Position numbers and translations under genes: made by a program. A DNA stretch of 64,000 bases, from IMG/VR virus record IMGVR_UViG_3300021400_000612, positions 1 to 64,000 of that record; one strand, 5' to 3'. Origin of the DNA: a virus. Taxonomy: Duplodnaviria; Caudoviricetes. How positions within the stretch are numbered: the first letter of the stretch is position 1; each line of letters begins with the position of its first letter. Shown piece after piece: positions 49,568-62,200 of this stretch. The notes below the pieces were generated by a model. The model ran no database searches. It saw nothing but the letters and a program-made list of their open reading frames with translations, and was not told the origin of the DNA.

Positions 49568-52500
49568 ATGAAAGTTAAACCAAAGTTATACTTAAATATG
49601 AGTCCTCAGACTGCTGAAGATGGCAGTCTTGCTTTTGCTAGGAACATGAAGATAGATGATGATGGTAATCTTGTATCTGACTATGGTTATAAGAATATCA
49701 GTGCTATGGCTAACTATAATATAGTTGGTCATATTGTTGGTTTAGATAACAAGATTTATTTCTTCTGTCATACTAACAATGTAAGTAAAATAGTTGAATA
49801 TGATGAGAATTTAGAAACAGCTACTGAACTTACTACAACCTGGACTTATAGTGGTGGTGAGATTGATGGTTATGTAAATACTAATCAAAGTGGTGAAAAG
49901 ATTCTTACTATAGGTGAGTATTTAGATAACGGAAGTGAGATTCCTCTTAAACACATCAATCTTAAATTTGCTAATGTAGAACAAAGTTTATATAGTCAAG
50001 CTCCTAAATGTCCTACTGCAAATCTAGTTCTTACTGATACATATGTTAAGACTATTCCAAATGGTGTATATGTTTTCTTTATTCGTTATAAGATTAGAAA
50101 AGATGTATATACTAATTGGTTCCTTTGTAGTCGTCCTATATTTGGAGGTACTTCTGAAAAAATTACTACTCTTCAAGGAGGTTTAAGTTATATCAATCTT
50201 CATAAAGATTCAGCTAAATCTTTTGTATTTCATTTAGACTTTGCTCAGGCTGCTAACATTGCTTCTTATAAAGAGTTTCAATTAGGATTCATTATTACTC
50301 ACGATGAAGCTACTGATGCTCGTATGTGGAAACATTTTGATATGACTCAGTTTAATCCTAATGGTGGTAATATTTATTTTGATTATGAAGATGTAAAAGA
50401 AGCTAATATAGATGATTTACTTGAAACAACTTATGAACTTTATAATGTTCGTAATGTTACAGCATTCAAAAATAAATTATATATTAGTAATTATATAGAA
50501 AGTAATTTTAATCCTGATGACCTAGATTCCCTTGCTAGTCATATATCATTAAGTGAAGTTCATTCTGGAGGTACTAATGTAAATTATAAAAACCTTAAGC
50601 TTAATGGTGCTGATTTGGTATACAATAACAGTAAAGGTTATTATGATAGCGTAAACGGCGGCGGTAGTATTCTTCCTTTTTTGTCTAGATATTCTTTTAA
50701 TTATGATATAACAAAGTTATCTAAAACAAATAGTAAAGAAAAACAAGATATTGTTAAATTTGACCTCATTTGGAAAAGTGATTATAATCCAGATATTGCT
50801 GTAGTTTATAATATTTATAATTATCTTTACGGTAAACAAGTATTTGGTCCTGATTATGCTGACCCTTATGAATTTACTATAAGTTCTTTGCCTGGCGGTA
50901 GTTGGATAAATGAAGGTCTAGGTATTAAATATGCAGCTATGGGCAATAATCTTTGGGTTTATCAACGTTCTGCTAATCAACATCCTTGGGATGACTTAGG
51001 ACTTACTTTTGCTTTTGGGTCTTTTAGTACAGGAGATAGTGGTAAAGCTTATGCTAGACAAGATTGCTCTTACTTTAATAAGTTTAGTTATGGTCAATGG
51101 GGTATAGAGCCTACATATGGCTGGGTTACTCGTGATTCTGGGTTTACAAGTGTTGCTAAATCAGCAATGATAACTAAACTTAAAGAAGATATTGCTAGTA
51201 AAAGTTTTTGGGGAAAAGCTTATCTTGAAGTAACATCTGGTGCTAAGGTATACACTATAGACTATCAAGATAGAATGGATTTGGATAATTATGCAGGTTA
51301 TAATTCTGACATAGTAACACTTTCAGATTCTCTTTTCTCTACTGAAACTATTTCCTATTCACTTCAAAATTATATTCAAGGTTGGGTATATGATGCAATT
51401 TCTAATTCAAGTTCATTTAGGGGTATAGACGAAAATGGTACTCCTATACTATCTATAAATGGGGAAGAAATAAGAGTTAATAGTATATCTGTTAAATTTA
51501 AAAAATTTGAATTTAGCCTTGAAGTAGATGATGTAGAAGACAATGATAGTAAAATTTATAAGACTGGTAAAGTTGCATTAAAGACTACAGATTATGTATC
51601 TCTTTGTACTTTTATTATTAAAAGTTCTTCTCTTAAAGTTACAGATACAGCAGGTAATTCAGTTCAAGCATCTACCCTTATGCCTTTATCTACTTATCAA
51701 CCTTATGTACACTTTGTAGATGAGCATAATATTGTTACTAACGGTGTTAAACTTCCTCAGTTTACTACAGGTTTATCTCAATCTGATAAAGATATTATAA
51801 CATTAAATTATGCTATTTCTAATTTACCAACTAATAAGTACAAGTCTTGCTTTATATCTTTAGTTAATGTTGGTGATATAGTAATTGAGGCATTTGACTA
51901 TAGTAAGGACCCAAATAATAATAATGTTCACATTATACATAGTATAGAACTAGATTCTATGTTATATAATCTTAATGATAATATTACTGTTAAGATATAT
52001 AATAAGAGTACAGGTATTTTAGCTGCTACAATAACTGATGCTAAGTATTATTCTAGTGGTTCTAACTATCCGCCATTAGCTTTTGGTAATTGTGGTTATG
52101 TAAGTTGGGAAGATACTCATACTTGGGGTAATCATATGTTCTATATCATAGTTACTAGAAATAAAACTGCTGAAAACATAAATGAACTTCCTAAGTCAAG
52201 TAGTTATATTCCTTTTGTAAATACAAGTAGTACACCAATTCCTGATGGTTATTATGGGAGTTGGCTTTGTCTTGTTAAAAAACCAAACTTTGTACTTTCA
52301 TCTAGTTGTTATGTTTCTGGTAAAGATGTTTATGCTGTAAATAGAACTGCTGCACTTAGTCTTAGTGAATTTAAGAGCTTTATTCAAGTACAAGATAGTG
52401 TTACTTACTTTGTTCGTAGTAATTTTAATCTGAACTATTTAAGTCTTACAGAAGATATAACAGATACAATTTTTACTGTAGGTGCTGCAAGTGCTGGTGT

Positions 52501-53896
52501 TAAGCAAGTTGCAAAAGTTATCAATTCTGCTATTCTTAGTTTTATCTATGAACTTAAATCTATGTATAAAGATTTCTCTAATAAATCTTTTAGAAGATTT
52601 GATTCTGATTATAAGATAGACTTTGATAATACTGTAAGAGTCAGTCATGTTCTTTCTGATGAAACATTTAATAATTCTATATTTAAATTTAGTGCAGAAG
52701 ATTATTACAATGTTCCAACAGATAGAGGTATAATTGTAAATTTGTTTGCAATAGGTACTAACATTTTTGTTCATACTAAAACAGCATTCTATAAATTTGA
52801 TGGTAATCAAACTATAGCTGCATCAAACAACGATATAACTCTTCAAGAGTCTGAACCTTTTGAAACTGGTGTTACTCAGTTGTTTGATTCTGAGTATGGT
52901 TATGGTGGTATCTATAACAAAGAGGCTGGTTGTATAACTTTTGATTCTTATATCTTCTATGATGCAATGAGTAATCATATCTTTGCCTACGGAGGTAATA
53001 GTCAAGTACAACTTATTGATGCTAGCATTTATAAAATGCTTTGCTATTATAAGCCTACTTATTGTAGAACCCTTCACGATGATGCAAATCATAGAGTACT
53101 ATTTGAATTTACAACAGATAAGACTGCTGGTACTTATAAGACTTTCACTATAAGTTATAACTATAAATCTAAGAGCTTTGTATCTCTTCATGATTTAAGT
53201 CTTGTTAATGCTTTCCATAGTAGGTATATATCTTATTCTTATAAGAGTGGTTTAATTTCTTTGTTTAATGAAACTTCAACAATAGATAACACTCCATTAG
53301 TTCAAGATATTAATGTTTATAAAATCTATGGTAATGCTACAACAGTTTGCTTTATTCAATTTGGAGCTGATACTCAAGAGGTTCAATCTTCTCCTTTCAA
53401 TATTGCAGTTGTTATATTTCCACAAGACAATTATAGAACAGCATTTAATAATTTGAAATATATAGGCGATGTAGTTAAAGATAATTATGATGAGAAAACT
53501 AATTATGAAGTAATTAAATTCCCTCAAATAACTAGAACTAATCCTGTAAGTAAATTCTATGTTATAACTGATAGATGTGTTTCTACTCCTGTAAGCGGTG
53601 ATGTTAATGACGCACAAAGACCTGCTAATCCTGACGATTATAAAGGTTTCAAATTTGACATGGGAAGTTGGAATACTAACTATTTTAGAAACGCATTAAA
53701 TGATACAAATATTTATCAGTATCCTAATCAGCCAGGCGTTAATGAACCTGTTGCAGGTGGACAAACTGTTACAAGATATCCTAATACTGATAATAACTCT
53801 CTTGTTTACGGTAAATACTTTATATTAGTTTTTGATTTTATAAAGAATAGACCTATTAAATTTGAAGAAGTAAGTGTAAATTCTAATCAATATTAA
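49568..53896 (+). CDS. muzzle/tail stabilization protein (P22 gp10-like)
   Basis: 1442 aa beta-propeller-like; FARNM N-terminus; AESEPF/YGYGG-type motifs; synteny. Confidence 0.75.
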   Translation: MKVKPKLYLNMSPQTAEDGSLAFARNMKIDDDGNLVSDYGYKNISAMANYNIVGHIVGLDNKIYFFCHTNNVSKIVEYDENLETATELTTTWTYSGGEIDGYVNTNQSGEKILTIGEYLDNGSEIPLKHINLKFANVEQSLYSQAPKCPTANLVLTDTYVKTIPNGVYVFFIRYKIRKDVYTNWFLCSRPIFGGTSEKITTLQGGLSYINLHKDSAKSFVFHLDFAQAANIASYKEFQLGFIITHDEATDARMWKHFDMTQFNPNGGNIYFDYEDVKEANIDDLLETTYELYNVRNVTAFKNKLYISNYIESNFNPDDLDSLASHISLSEVHSGGTNVNYKNLKLNGADLVYNNSKGYYDSVNGGGSILPFLSRYSFNYDITKLSKTNSKEKQDIVKFDLIWKSDYNPDIAVVYNIYNYLYGKQVFGPDYADPYEFTISSLPGGSWINEGLGIKYAAMGNNLWVYQRSANQHPWDDLGLTFAFGSFSTGDSGKAYARQDCSYFNKFSYGQWGIEPTYGWVTRDSGFTSVAKSAMITKLKEDIASKSFWGKAYLEVTSGAKVYTIDYQDRMDLDNYAGYNSDIVTLSDSLFSTETISYSLQNYIQGWVYDAISNSSSFRGIDENGTPILSINGEEIRVNSISVKFKKFEFSLEVDDVEDNDSKIYKTGKVALKTTDYVSLCTFIIKSSSLKVTDTAGNSVQASTLMPLSTYQPYVHFVDEHNIVTNGVKLPQFTTGLSQSDKDIITLNYAISNLPTNKYKSCFISLVNVGDIVIEAFDYSKDPNNNNVHIIHSIELDSMLYNLNDNITVKIYNKSTGILAATITDAKYYSSGSNYPPLAFGNCGYVSWEDTHTWGNHMFYIIVTRNKTAENINELPKSSSYIPFVNTSSTPIPDGYYGSWLCLVKKPNFVLSSSCYVSGKDVYAVNRTAALSLSEFKSFIQVQDSVTYFVRSNFNLNYLSLTEDITDTIFTVGAASAGVKQVAKVINSAILSFIYELKSMYKDFSNKSFRRFDSDYKIDFDNTVRVSHVLSDETFNNSIFKFSAEDYYNVPTDRGIIVNLFAIGTNIFVHTKTAFYKFDGNQTIAASNNDITLQESEPFETGVTQLFDSEYGYGGIYNKEAGCITFDSYIFYDAMSNHIFAYGGNSQVQLIDASIYKMLCYYKPTYCRTLHDDANHRVLFEFTTDKTAGTYKTFTISYNYKSKSFVSLHDLSLVNAFHSRYISYSYKSGLISLFNETSTIDNTPLVQDINVYKIYGNATTVCFIQFGADTQEVQSSPFNIAVVIFPQDNYRTAFNNLKYIGDVVKDNYDEKTNYEVIKFPQITRTNPVSKFYVITDRCVSTPVSGDVNDAQRPANPDDYKGFKFDMGSWNTNYFRNALNDTNIYQYPNQPGVNEPVAGGQTVTRYPNTDNNSLVYGKYFILVFDFIKNRPIKFEEVSVNSNQY

Positions 53897-53899
53897 AAT

Positions 53900-56113
53900 A
53901 TGGCTATAAGAAAATTAAAAAATGGTGGTAGGCGTAAAGCTATATTTGGTAGTGAAGAGGGCGCTATTCTAGCTGCTGCAGGTATTAATGTAGCTGGTAC
54001 TATGGCTGCTTCTGCTATCGGGGCTAGTGCTACTAAAAAGGCAGCACAAGACCAAGCTAAAGCTACTATCGAGTCTGCTCAAAAACAAGCTCAAGCTATT
54101 AAAGACCAAAGTGCTAGGTCTAAAGAATTGCAACAAGAATCTCAAGAATTTATTAAAGAGCAAAATGCTGAGAATCGTGAACTTCAAAAAGATATTCAGC
54201 TACAACTTCAAATGCTTACAGGTCAACAAAATGTTAATGATAGACTTGAAGCTAGTAAGATACAAGTTAAAAATGGTGGTAGTACTAAACGTAAACTACG
54301 TCTTGCAGGCAAATCTCCATCTCTTCTACAGGGGAGCGAGAATATGCCTTTTGTCGTTACTGATGGTGGTACTGTAATTCCAATAGGACAAACTCCTGAA
54401 GGTTACGATATGTATGAAATTCTTGGTAACGACCACGAACATTATCATAAAGCTAGAGGAGGTAAGAATAAAACTGGTGTAGGTATTAAGTTTGCTGATG
54501 GTAGTATAATAGAAGGAGAAGGTAATCAAAATACTAATCAAGGTGAGATTATGGTAAATACTCCTAATAATGCTTATTTTATAAGCAAACATTCTATTGC
54601 TGGATTTAATCCTGCTAAAATGACTCTTGGTGGTATGCATCCGTTACAAGCTTATGCTATTCAAGAACAACTTAAAGCTGCTAATGGTATTAGTGACGAC
54701 GGTAAGCATAATAGCTCCCCCGTAGAAAAGAAACTACTTGGTGGCGAACCTAATTATGTTATTGATATGTATAATCAAGTTGGTCCACAAATGGGTGTAG
54801 ATACTATGGGTGATACTACTGTTGGAGTTGTAGCTGCTACTCAAGATGATAAAAGTAAACTTAAATTTGGTGGTAAAAAAAGATGTCTTAGACTTGGTGG
54901 TAGAACTAAAGCTGTTGCAGGGCTTGATGTAATAAATAAATGGTGGGCTGGATTAGATAATCAAACTAGAAATAATATTAATATGGCTGCAGCAGGTGTT
55001 GGAAATCCTACTGTAACTGGAAAAACATCTAGTTCTAATACAGGAAATGCATCTAGTTCTAATACAGGAAGTACATCAAAACCTGTTACTCCTAGTATGT
55101 TTGAGCATCAACCTAGTGGTACTAGTGGAAATACTAGAGGTGGTATGACTACTACAAGAGGCGGTGGTTTTGGTGGCTGGATAAATCGTAATGCTGACTT
55201 AGTTGGTGCAGGTATTGGAGCATTAGGAAATATTGGTGGTGCTTTAATTACATCTGGTGCTAATAGGTCTGCTGCTAGAACTATAGCTGATGCTCAGAAT
55301 CAGGCTGCTGGTATTATGAGAGATGCTTATAATTCTCTTACTGGAATTGATATGAATTCTATTCGTAGAGAAGATTTTGCTGCTGCTCATGCAATGCCTG
55401 CTCTTCAAGCTCCTGTAAGTTTTGCTGCTGGACAAAACGCTTTAGTTAATAGGTCTTTGCAAAGAACTCTTGCTAATGCTGGTAAATATTCTGCTAGTGG
55501 TGCTGCTGCTCAACGAAGAATGGCTGAGGCTGAAGTAAATGCTCAAGATGCACGTAATCAAATTTATTCTGCTGACCAACGTCAAATGCAAGAAATTCGT
55601 CAAGGTAATGCTGAACGTGTTACGCAGGCTGCTATGAAGAATGCTGAACTTGATACTCAAGCTAATCGTGATTATACAGGTGCATATCTTAATTTGCTTC
55701 AGTATAACAACGATATTAATAATCAAAAGATTCTTGGTGCAGCAGGTGCTATGTCTGAAGGTGCTATCAATGCAGCAAATGCTATTGGTCAAGCACAAAC
55801 TTCAAATGCTGCTGCTTGGGCTAGTGCTCTTACAGGTTCTTCTCAAGGATTTGCAAATAGTCTTTCTAATATGATTACTCGTAAAAATGACCTTGCTAAA
55901 GTTATGCTTGGTGCTAGTGGAGATAGTCAAGCTTCATATTATGCTAATCCTAACTTAGCATCTAACCGAGAAGCTAATACAGAATATAATAGATTGGTTG
56001 CACAATACGATGCTATAAAGAATAGTAAGAAACCTGGTGACCAAGATACTGCTGCTATTCTAAGGAGAAGAATTAATAATATTGCAACTGGTAGAGGATT
56101 TCAAACTGTTTAA
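53900..56113 (+). CDS. cargo/ejection protein 1
   Basis: Ala/Gly-rich hydrophobic helices, coiled coils, repeated K-x-GG motifs; follows muzzle. Confidence 0.65.
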   Translation: MAIRKLKNGGRRKAIFGSEEGAILAAAGINVAGTMAASAIGASATKKAAQDQAKATIESAQKQAQAIKDQSARSKELQQESQEFIKEQNAENRELQKDIQLQLQMLTGQQNVNDRLEASKIQVKNGGSTKRKLRLAGKSPSLLQGSENMPFVVTDGGTVIPIGQTPEGYDMYEILGNDHEHYHKARGGKNKTGVGIKFADGSIIEGEGNQNTNQGEIMVNTPNNAYFISKHSIAGFNPAKMTLGGMHPLQAYAIQEQLKAANGISDDGKHNSSPVEKKLLGGEPNYVIDMYNQVGPQMGVDTMGDTTVGVVAATQDDKSKLKFGGKKRCLRLGGRTKAVAGLDVINKWWAGLDNQTRNNINMAAAGVGNPTVTGKTSSSNTGNASSSNTGSTSKPVTPSMFEHQPSGTSGNTRGGMTTTRGGGFGGWINRNADLVGAGIGALGNIGGALITSGANRSAARTIADAQNQAAGIMRDAYNSLTGIDMNSIRREDFAAAHAMPALQAPVSFAAGQNALVNRSLQRTLANAGKYSASGAAAQRRMAEAEVNAQDARNQIYSADQRQMQEIRQGNAERVTQAAMKNAELDTQANRDYTGAYLNLLQYNNDINNQKILGAAGAMSEGAINAANAIGQAQTSNAAAWASALTGSSQGFANSLSNMITRKNDLAKVMLGASGDSQASYYANPNLASNREANTEYNRLVAQYDAIKNSKKPGDQDTAAILRRRINNIATGRGFQTV

Positions 56114-56116
56114 ATT

Positions 56117-57415
56117 ATGCCTAGAGATATTGATTTATATAATAGAAATGTAGGTAGAGGTAGTAGAATTCCTAATATAGGTATTGGAGTAGGGCAATCA
56201 GGCTTTACTCCTGCTACCTTTCAAGCTGGTGTCTTTACTCCACAAAAAGAAGATATGAGTCTTTTACAACGTTCTCTTCAAACTCTTGATGAACGTAAAG
56301 AAAAGACTGACCAACAACGTGCTGCTATTATGTCTGCTATCGGTAAACTTAACCTAAATGCAGCAGAAGATAAATGGAAGTATGATTATGCTAATAGAAT
56401 TGGTGCTCAAATAGATAGTGCTGCACAATTTGGAGATTATTCTACAGCTCTTGAAACTGCTACTAGACTTGCTGGAGAAGCTATTACTAGTCCTGAAGTT
56501 ACAGGTAGAATTAGAGCTAATGAACAATATGAAAAAGAAGTTCAAACTCAGCAAGCACGTAGAGATAGAGGTGATATTAGTCAAGCTACTTATAAATGGT
56601 GGTTGAAAAATAATCCTTATAAGTATCAAGACACTTATGATGATAATGGAAATATTGTAGGCGGTTCTATTTATGAACCTTCTTTTAGACCTGTTAACGA
56701 TATTAATTGGGCTAGTACTGCAATGGCTGCTTTTAAATTAGTTACTCCTTTTAAAAGTAGTGTTTCTAGAGATGGAGGTTCTAATGTTACAAATAATACA
56801 AGTGCTCCTATAACTCGTGGTAAAACTACATATAAACCAGGAGAATCTATAGGTAGTACAGGTCATAGCAGCAGTAGTCAAGAAAAAGTTACTAAAGAAC
56901 AAATAACTGCTAGAATGGAAGAACTTCTTAGTTCTACAGCTGATGGTTACAAACAAGCAGAACAAGCATATGATGTCGCTACTGATGAATTCAAAGATTT
57001 AGTAGAACAATATAAAACAGCTTTTGCTGAAAATCCCGATAGCGAAGAAGCTAGAATACTTGGTCAAAAGATAGACGCTCGTAAAAAGCTAATGTATCGT
57101 AATGGTAGCAAAATAGATTATAAAGAATATTATGCTAGAATGATTACAGATAGTTTATACGCTGATGGACTTGCTTATGATTGGAGAACTTCTAGTTCTG
57201 GCGGAACTTCTTCTTATTCCATAAGCGAATCTTCTACTGGAGGTGGTCATGGTGGAAGAGCTATTTCTGATAATTATTTCCCAGGTGCTAGATATAATTA
57301 TGAAACTGGATATTGGGAAGGAGCTAATGTTAGACAATCTGTTGATACAGAAACTGCTCAAAATGAAGTAACTACTTCAAGTAGTAATATTTCTAATAGA
57401 TTTAAAACAAGATAG
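56117..57415 (+). CDS. putative cargo protein
   Basis: 432 aa helical; synteny. Confidence 0.55.
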   Translation: MPRDIDLYNRNVGRGSRIPNIGIGVGQSGFTPATFQAGVFTPQKEDMSLLQRSLQTLDERKEKTDQQRAAIMSAIGKLNLNAAEDKWKYDYANRIGAQIDSAAQFGDYSTALETATRLAGEAITSPEVTGRIRANEQYEKEVQTQQARRDRGDISQATYKWWLKNNPYKYQDTYDDNGNIVGGSIYEPSFRPVNDINWASTAMAAFKLVTPFKSSVSRDGGSNVTNNTSAPITRGKTTYKPGESIGSTGHSSSSQEKVTKEQITARMEELLSSTADGYKQAEQAYDVATDEFKDLVEQYKTAFAENPDSEEARILGQKIDARKKLMYRNGSKIDYKEYYARMITDSLYADGLAYDWRTSSSGGTSSYSISESSTGGGHGGRAISDNYFPGARYNYETGYWEGANVRQSVDTETAQNEVTTSSSNISNRFKTR

Positions 57416-57420
57416 AAATT

Positions 57421-59205
57421 ATGAAAATTAATTTTGGTAATTATACATATTTTGATGGCAAACCTGATGGTGTAGATATTGCAAAAGGAAGTACTAACTA
57501 TCCTTTTACTTATATACAATCCCATATGTTTGATGAAAATAAATTCAATCAACTTGTGGCTAATCGTCAATATAATGATGCTGCTGACTATGCATCTCAA
57601 TTCCATTTTAGTGACCCTGAAACTCAAAAAGCTCATGAAAGTGATATTATAAACCTTCGTAGAAGTGGTAGAGTTCTTGGTGCTGTATATGGAAGAGTTA
57701 AAGACCCAACAGACTTAGCAAAGATTACTTTTGCTGATAATGTTTTTGTAGATGGTGGACTAGAAAGAGGTGGCAACAGTGAGATAAATACAGCTTTTGA
57801 AGATTTGAAATCTAAAATAGGTAGTACTGTAGATAGTGACGGTAATGTTACAAATGAAGCATCTACTCTTGAAATTACATTTGAACCTAAAACAAATAAA
57901 CTTCTTGGAATTGATTGGCTTATGCCAGACAATGATAATAATATTGAGAACTTTTATGAAACTAGTGGTTTAAATGTTAATACATTAAGAGATAATGGAG
58001 TACAAGTAATAAATAAAGATGGACGTACTATTCTTAGATTTGATAAATCTAATCCTTTAGCTAATAAGATTTTATATAACACTCCTACTGTGCTAAATGG
58101 TATGTTGGGTGATGTAGATAGAGCTGTATTAGCCACTAAGCCTACTAAAGTAGTTGGATATAACAAAAAAGGAGAAGTTACTGGAGAAACTGATGATTTG
58201 AGAGAATTTCATTCTTTTATTCAAGATGCTAAAAATACAAAGGAAAAGTATTTTGAAGATTTTGATTTAACTTACAAAGATTATTCTTCTACAGTTGGTC
58301 CTATGATTAGTGATGAGTTATCTTCTTTGAAAGCTATGCTTAATAGTGGACAAATAAATGAAACTCAATATAATCAACAAGCTAAAGCTATAGCTCCGCA
58401 TATATTCTCAGCTATTAATACTTTAGGTAGTGGTAATTATGAAATGTACACTAATAATTTTAACGAAGAACCAACTGATGAAACTTTAGTACCTGTTGAA
58501 AATAAAGACCGTTCTAAGCTTACTGATTTGATTAGCAGTTATGCTCCAAAAGATATTGATGTTTCGGCTATGGTATCTAATGGAAAAATTGGTGCTTTAA
58601 TTACTTTGGAAGGAACTGGTAATGAAAGTAAAGCTCAAGAGAATGATGGTCGTCGTATTCAAATTTTTGTTCCAGGTTTACTTCAAGAAGAAGCTCAAGC
58701 TAAGATTAATAGAAATACTTCAACTCGTGCTATACAAGAACTTAATAGTATGATAGATTGGGGTTATTCTTACAAACTTAGAGATGGTTCTGAAATAGGT
58801 GTTAATGATAGAGGGCAGTTTACAAAAAATAAAGAAGTTATTAATAAGCAATCTGCTATTCAAGAAATTAATAAGGATATGATTATGGAAGATGCTCTTT
58901 CTAATCTTAAATTCCAATATATGAATGCAGATGGTAACATAACTGATAATCTTAAATATGAAGAAATGGCTAGACTTTTGTCTATGAATGCCGCTGCTGA
59001 TATTTATGGTGATGTTAAATTAAATGTTAATCCTCAAACAGCTGATGTAACTCTTTCAGATAAATTTGGAAATACTTATACACCAGATGATATATTTAAT
59101 CGAAATATAGATAAAGATAAAACTCAGTATGAGATTTACTATAGATTAAATGAAATATATTCTATGTATAATGAATTAATGGATGAACTAAATTTTTATA
59201 AATAA
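57421..59205 (+). CDS. putative cargo protein
   Basis: 594 aa; synteny. Confidence 0.55.
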   Translation: MKINFGNYTYFDGKPDGVDIAKGSTNYPFTYIQSHMFDENKFNQLVANRQYNDAADYASQFHFSDPETQKAHESDIINLRRSGRVLGAVYGRVKDPTDLAKITFADNVFVDGGLERGGNSEINTAFEDLKSKIGSTVDSDGNVTNEASTLEITFEPKTNKLLGIDWLMPDNDNNIENFYETSGLNVNTLRDNGVQVINKDGRTILRFDKSNPLANKILYNTPTVLNGMLGDVDRAVLATKPTKVVGYNKKGEVTGETDDLREFHSFIQDAKNTKEKYFEDFDLTYKDYSSTVGPMISDELSSLKAMLNSGQINETQYNQQAKAIAPHIFSAINTLGSGNYEMYTNNFNEEPTDETLVPVENKDRSKLTDLISSYAPKDIDVSAMVSNGKIGALITLEGTGNESKAQENDGRRIQIFVPGLLQEEAQAKINRNTSTRAIQELNSMIDWGYSYKLRDGSEIGVNDRGQFTKNKEVINKQSAIQEINKDMIMEDALSNLKFQYMNADGNITDNLKYEEMARLLSMNAAADIYGDVKLNVNPQTADVTLSDKFGNTYTPDDIFNRNIDKDKTQYEIYYRLNEIYSMYNELMDELNFYK

Positions 59206-59208
59206 GTT

Positions 59209-62200
59209 ATGGATGTATTAGATTTTATAAATAGAAATGGACAAAGGACTGTACCTAATCCAAATTATAATCCTAAGTCTAAAAAGAATACAGAGCCTCC
59301 TACTATAATTGTTCCTGATGCTCAGCCTATTCCTGATGATGTTATAGAAATGGCGAAAAGAGATGCTCTTAATCAATTTTCTATAGATTCTGGAACAGCT
59401 GACAAATATAGAGAATTTGGATTAAATTATAATCCTAAAGATAATCTTGATAAACAATTAGCAGATGCTCAATCTAATTGGTCTAAGGCAGTTAATGCTT
59501 TAGGCCAAACTTTGGTTTCTGAAATTGGTATTGGAACAGCAAAGGGTGTTAGTGATTTGATTGACTTTGTTGGTCAAAAAGTTGGATTATCTGATCCTAA
59601 TTATTCTAATCCTGTTAGTCAATATCTTGAAGAAAAGCAAAAAGAGTTTGAAGAATGGGCTCCTGTCTACGCTGACCCTGATAATAATACTTTAAAAGAC
59701 CAATTTACTGGAGGTTTCAATCTTGGATATTGGTTTTCTAATATTCCTTCTATTGCAAGTAGTTTAACTCTTCTTATTCCTAGTACTGGTATTACTAAAG
59801 CTTTATCTTGGGCTGGTAAAGCTAGTAAGATTTCTAAATATACTAATAGAGCTGCAAGAGCTATAGCTAATCCTGTAGCACATGCTTTTGGAAGAAGTGG
59901 TTTTACTAGTGCTGAAATGGGAGTAGCTTTTGAAACTGGTATCAATGCTGCTCTTAGTAGAACAATGGAAAATTATCAAGAAGCTAGACAAACTTATAAC
60001 GATAGTTATATAGATATGTCTAACACTTTGAATAATATGTCTGATGAAGAATATAATAAATTTCTTCAGAGAAATGCTCAATATCTTGCAGATAATAATA
60101 TAGATACTACAGATAGAGATTCTGTTGCAAAACAACTTGCTAGAAGTGCTGCTGATAGAACTTTCCAATTAGACTTTGCTAATGTTGTATTTGATGCATA
60201 TCAAATTTATGGTCTTAGAAATCTTTTAACTCACGCTCCTAGATTTAACCAATCTGCTGCAACTAGAGCTGCTCAGCGTAATGCTATGAGAACTGCAGGT
60301 ATGACAGAAGAACAAGCTGCTGCTGAATTAGCTAAAGATAGTAGATTAACTAAAATTGGTTATTGGGTTAATGATAATTTATTTGGTTTTGGCAGACAAA
60401 TTAAATCTGAACTTTCTGAAGGTGTTGAAGAAGCTGTTAACTATATTGCACAACAAGAAGGTACTCATCTCGGTAAATATCTTCTAACTGGGGAAAATGG
60501 TGACTCTAGAGATTTGAATTTGCTTAGTAGTGTTGGTCCAATGACTAGTAGAATTCTTAATGATTATTATAATGATACTGGTCTTTGGGATTCTGCCTTC
60601 TGGGGTGTTGTTGGTGGTGTTGTATTTCAAGCTGGAGGTAGCAAATTAAATAGAATATCTCAAACTATTAAGAATAGACAAGAAGAAAAGAAATCAGCTA
60701 ATAAAGATAATGCTAAAACTCAAGAAGCTAAAGTTACTCCTCACTGGTGGGCTCTTGACCAATCTGCTGAAACAGAAAGAATGCTTACTGAAATTAATGG
60801 TCGTAATGTTAAACTTAATACATTACGAGAAAATATGCAAAAAATTAATGCAGGTAAGAATCCTTACATTGTAAACGAAGATAAGACTAATCCTGACATA
60901 AGCTCCCCCGTAGAAGAAAGAATGCTTAGAGAGAAAGCATATACAGAGTATCTTGATGAAATGATTATTACTGCTAGAAATAACGGTACTCTTAATATGC
61001 TTGAAGCTTATCTTGAAGATTCAAATGTACAAGATGCTATTGTTGCTGCTTATCAAAGTGGTGATAATGCTAATCGTGTATCAAAGGAAGAAGCTCAACA
61101 AGCTGCTGCTAAAGCATCTGAAAGAGTTAAGAAAATTGATAGAATGTATCAGGATGAAATTATTCATGCTTCTGATATTGCTGATAGAGTTGGTGATAAA
61201 GAAGGAACTGCACTTCCTGCTGAATACATTCAAATGATTGCATCATCTAATGTTCGTCATAGATTAAATCTTGAACGTTATGATGAAGTAGCTGCTATGT
61301 ACAATGAAGATACAGAAAGAATTAAAAAAGTTCTTGGAGATAAATTCGATTCTACTATAGATTATCAAGGTCTTGTATCTCTTCGTGCTACTATTCAAGA
61401 ATTATCTGGTCTTATTGCACAAAAGAAAGAACTTGAAACTAAACAAAAAGAAAAGCCTACTCTTACAACACAATTTGACATTGAAGAAATTGATAATCAA
61501 ATTAATGTTATTAAAAGAAAGGCTCTACAAACTTCTACTGATGCTCAATTTGCAAGAACTTTATATGCTTTGCAAGTAGCTAATTCTGCTGTTAGAGAAT
61601 ATGCTCCTGATGGTAAAACATTCAAAGTTAATGCTAGTGATGCAGATTTGATTGCAAATCTAGATAATTTCTTAATGAATGATTTATCTCATATTTTTGA
61701 TGAAGTAGGTCAAGAAAAAAGAGATAACATTAGTAATGATGCTGTTCTTGGAGAACTTAGAAAAGTAATGAATGATATGCGTTACGTTCTTCCAGTAGAT
61801 GCTAATGGTAAAAGACAAGATACAGAATCTTATCTTGAAAATCTTGACCCTAAACTTCCAGAAAATTATGATATTCTTGCTAGAATCGAATTAGAGAAAA
61901 TTAAAGAAAATGCTAGACTTGCTGAAACTGAGCAAGAAATAAGACATTATATTGGTGCTATTAACAATATGGAAAATGTAGCTCGTAAAAGAGTTATAGA
62001 AGACGCATTTAATACATTATCTGATATTCAGAAAAATCATACAGATTTAAATATAATGCAAATTGCTAATGGTATATATGATGAAAACAATGCTGATTGG
62101 CTCATACAAACTAATGGTTTGACTGATGAAGAAAGAAATAAATTAAGAGAAGCTCTTAAAGTTCTTAATTTGGCTGATGTAAAAAATAGAACTCTATTTG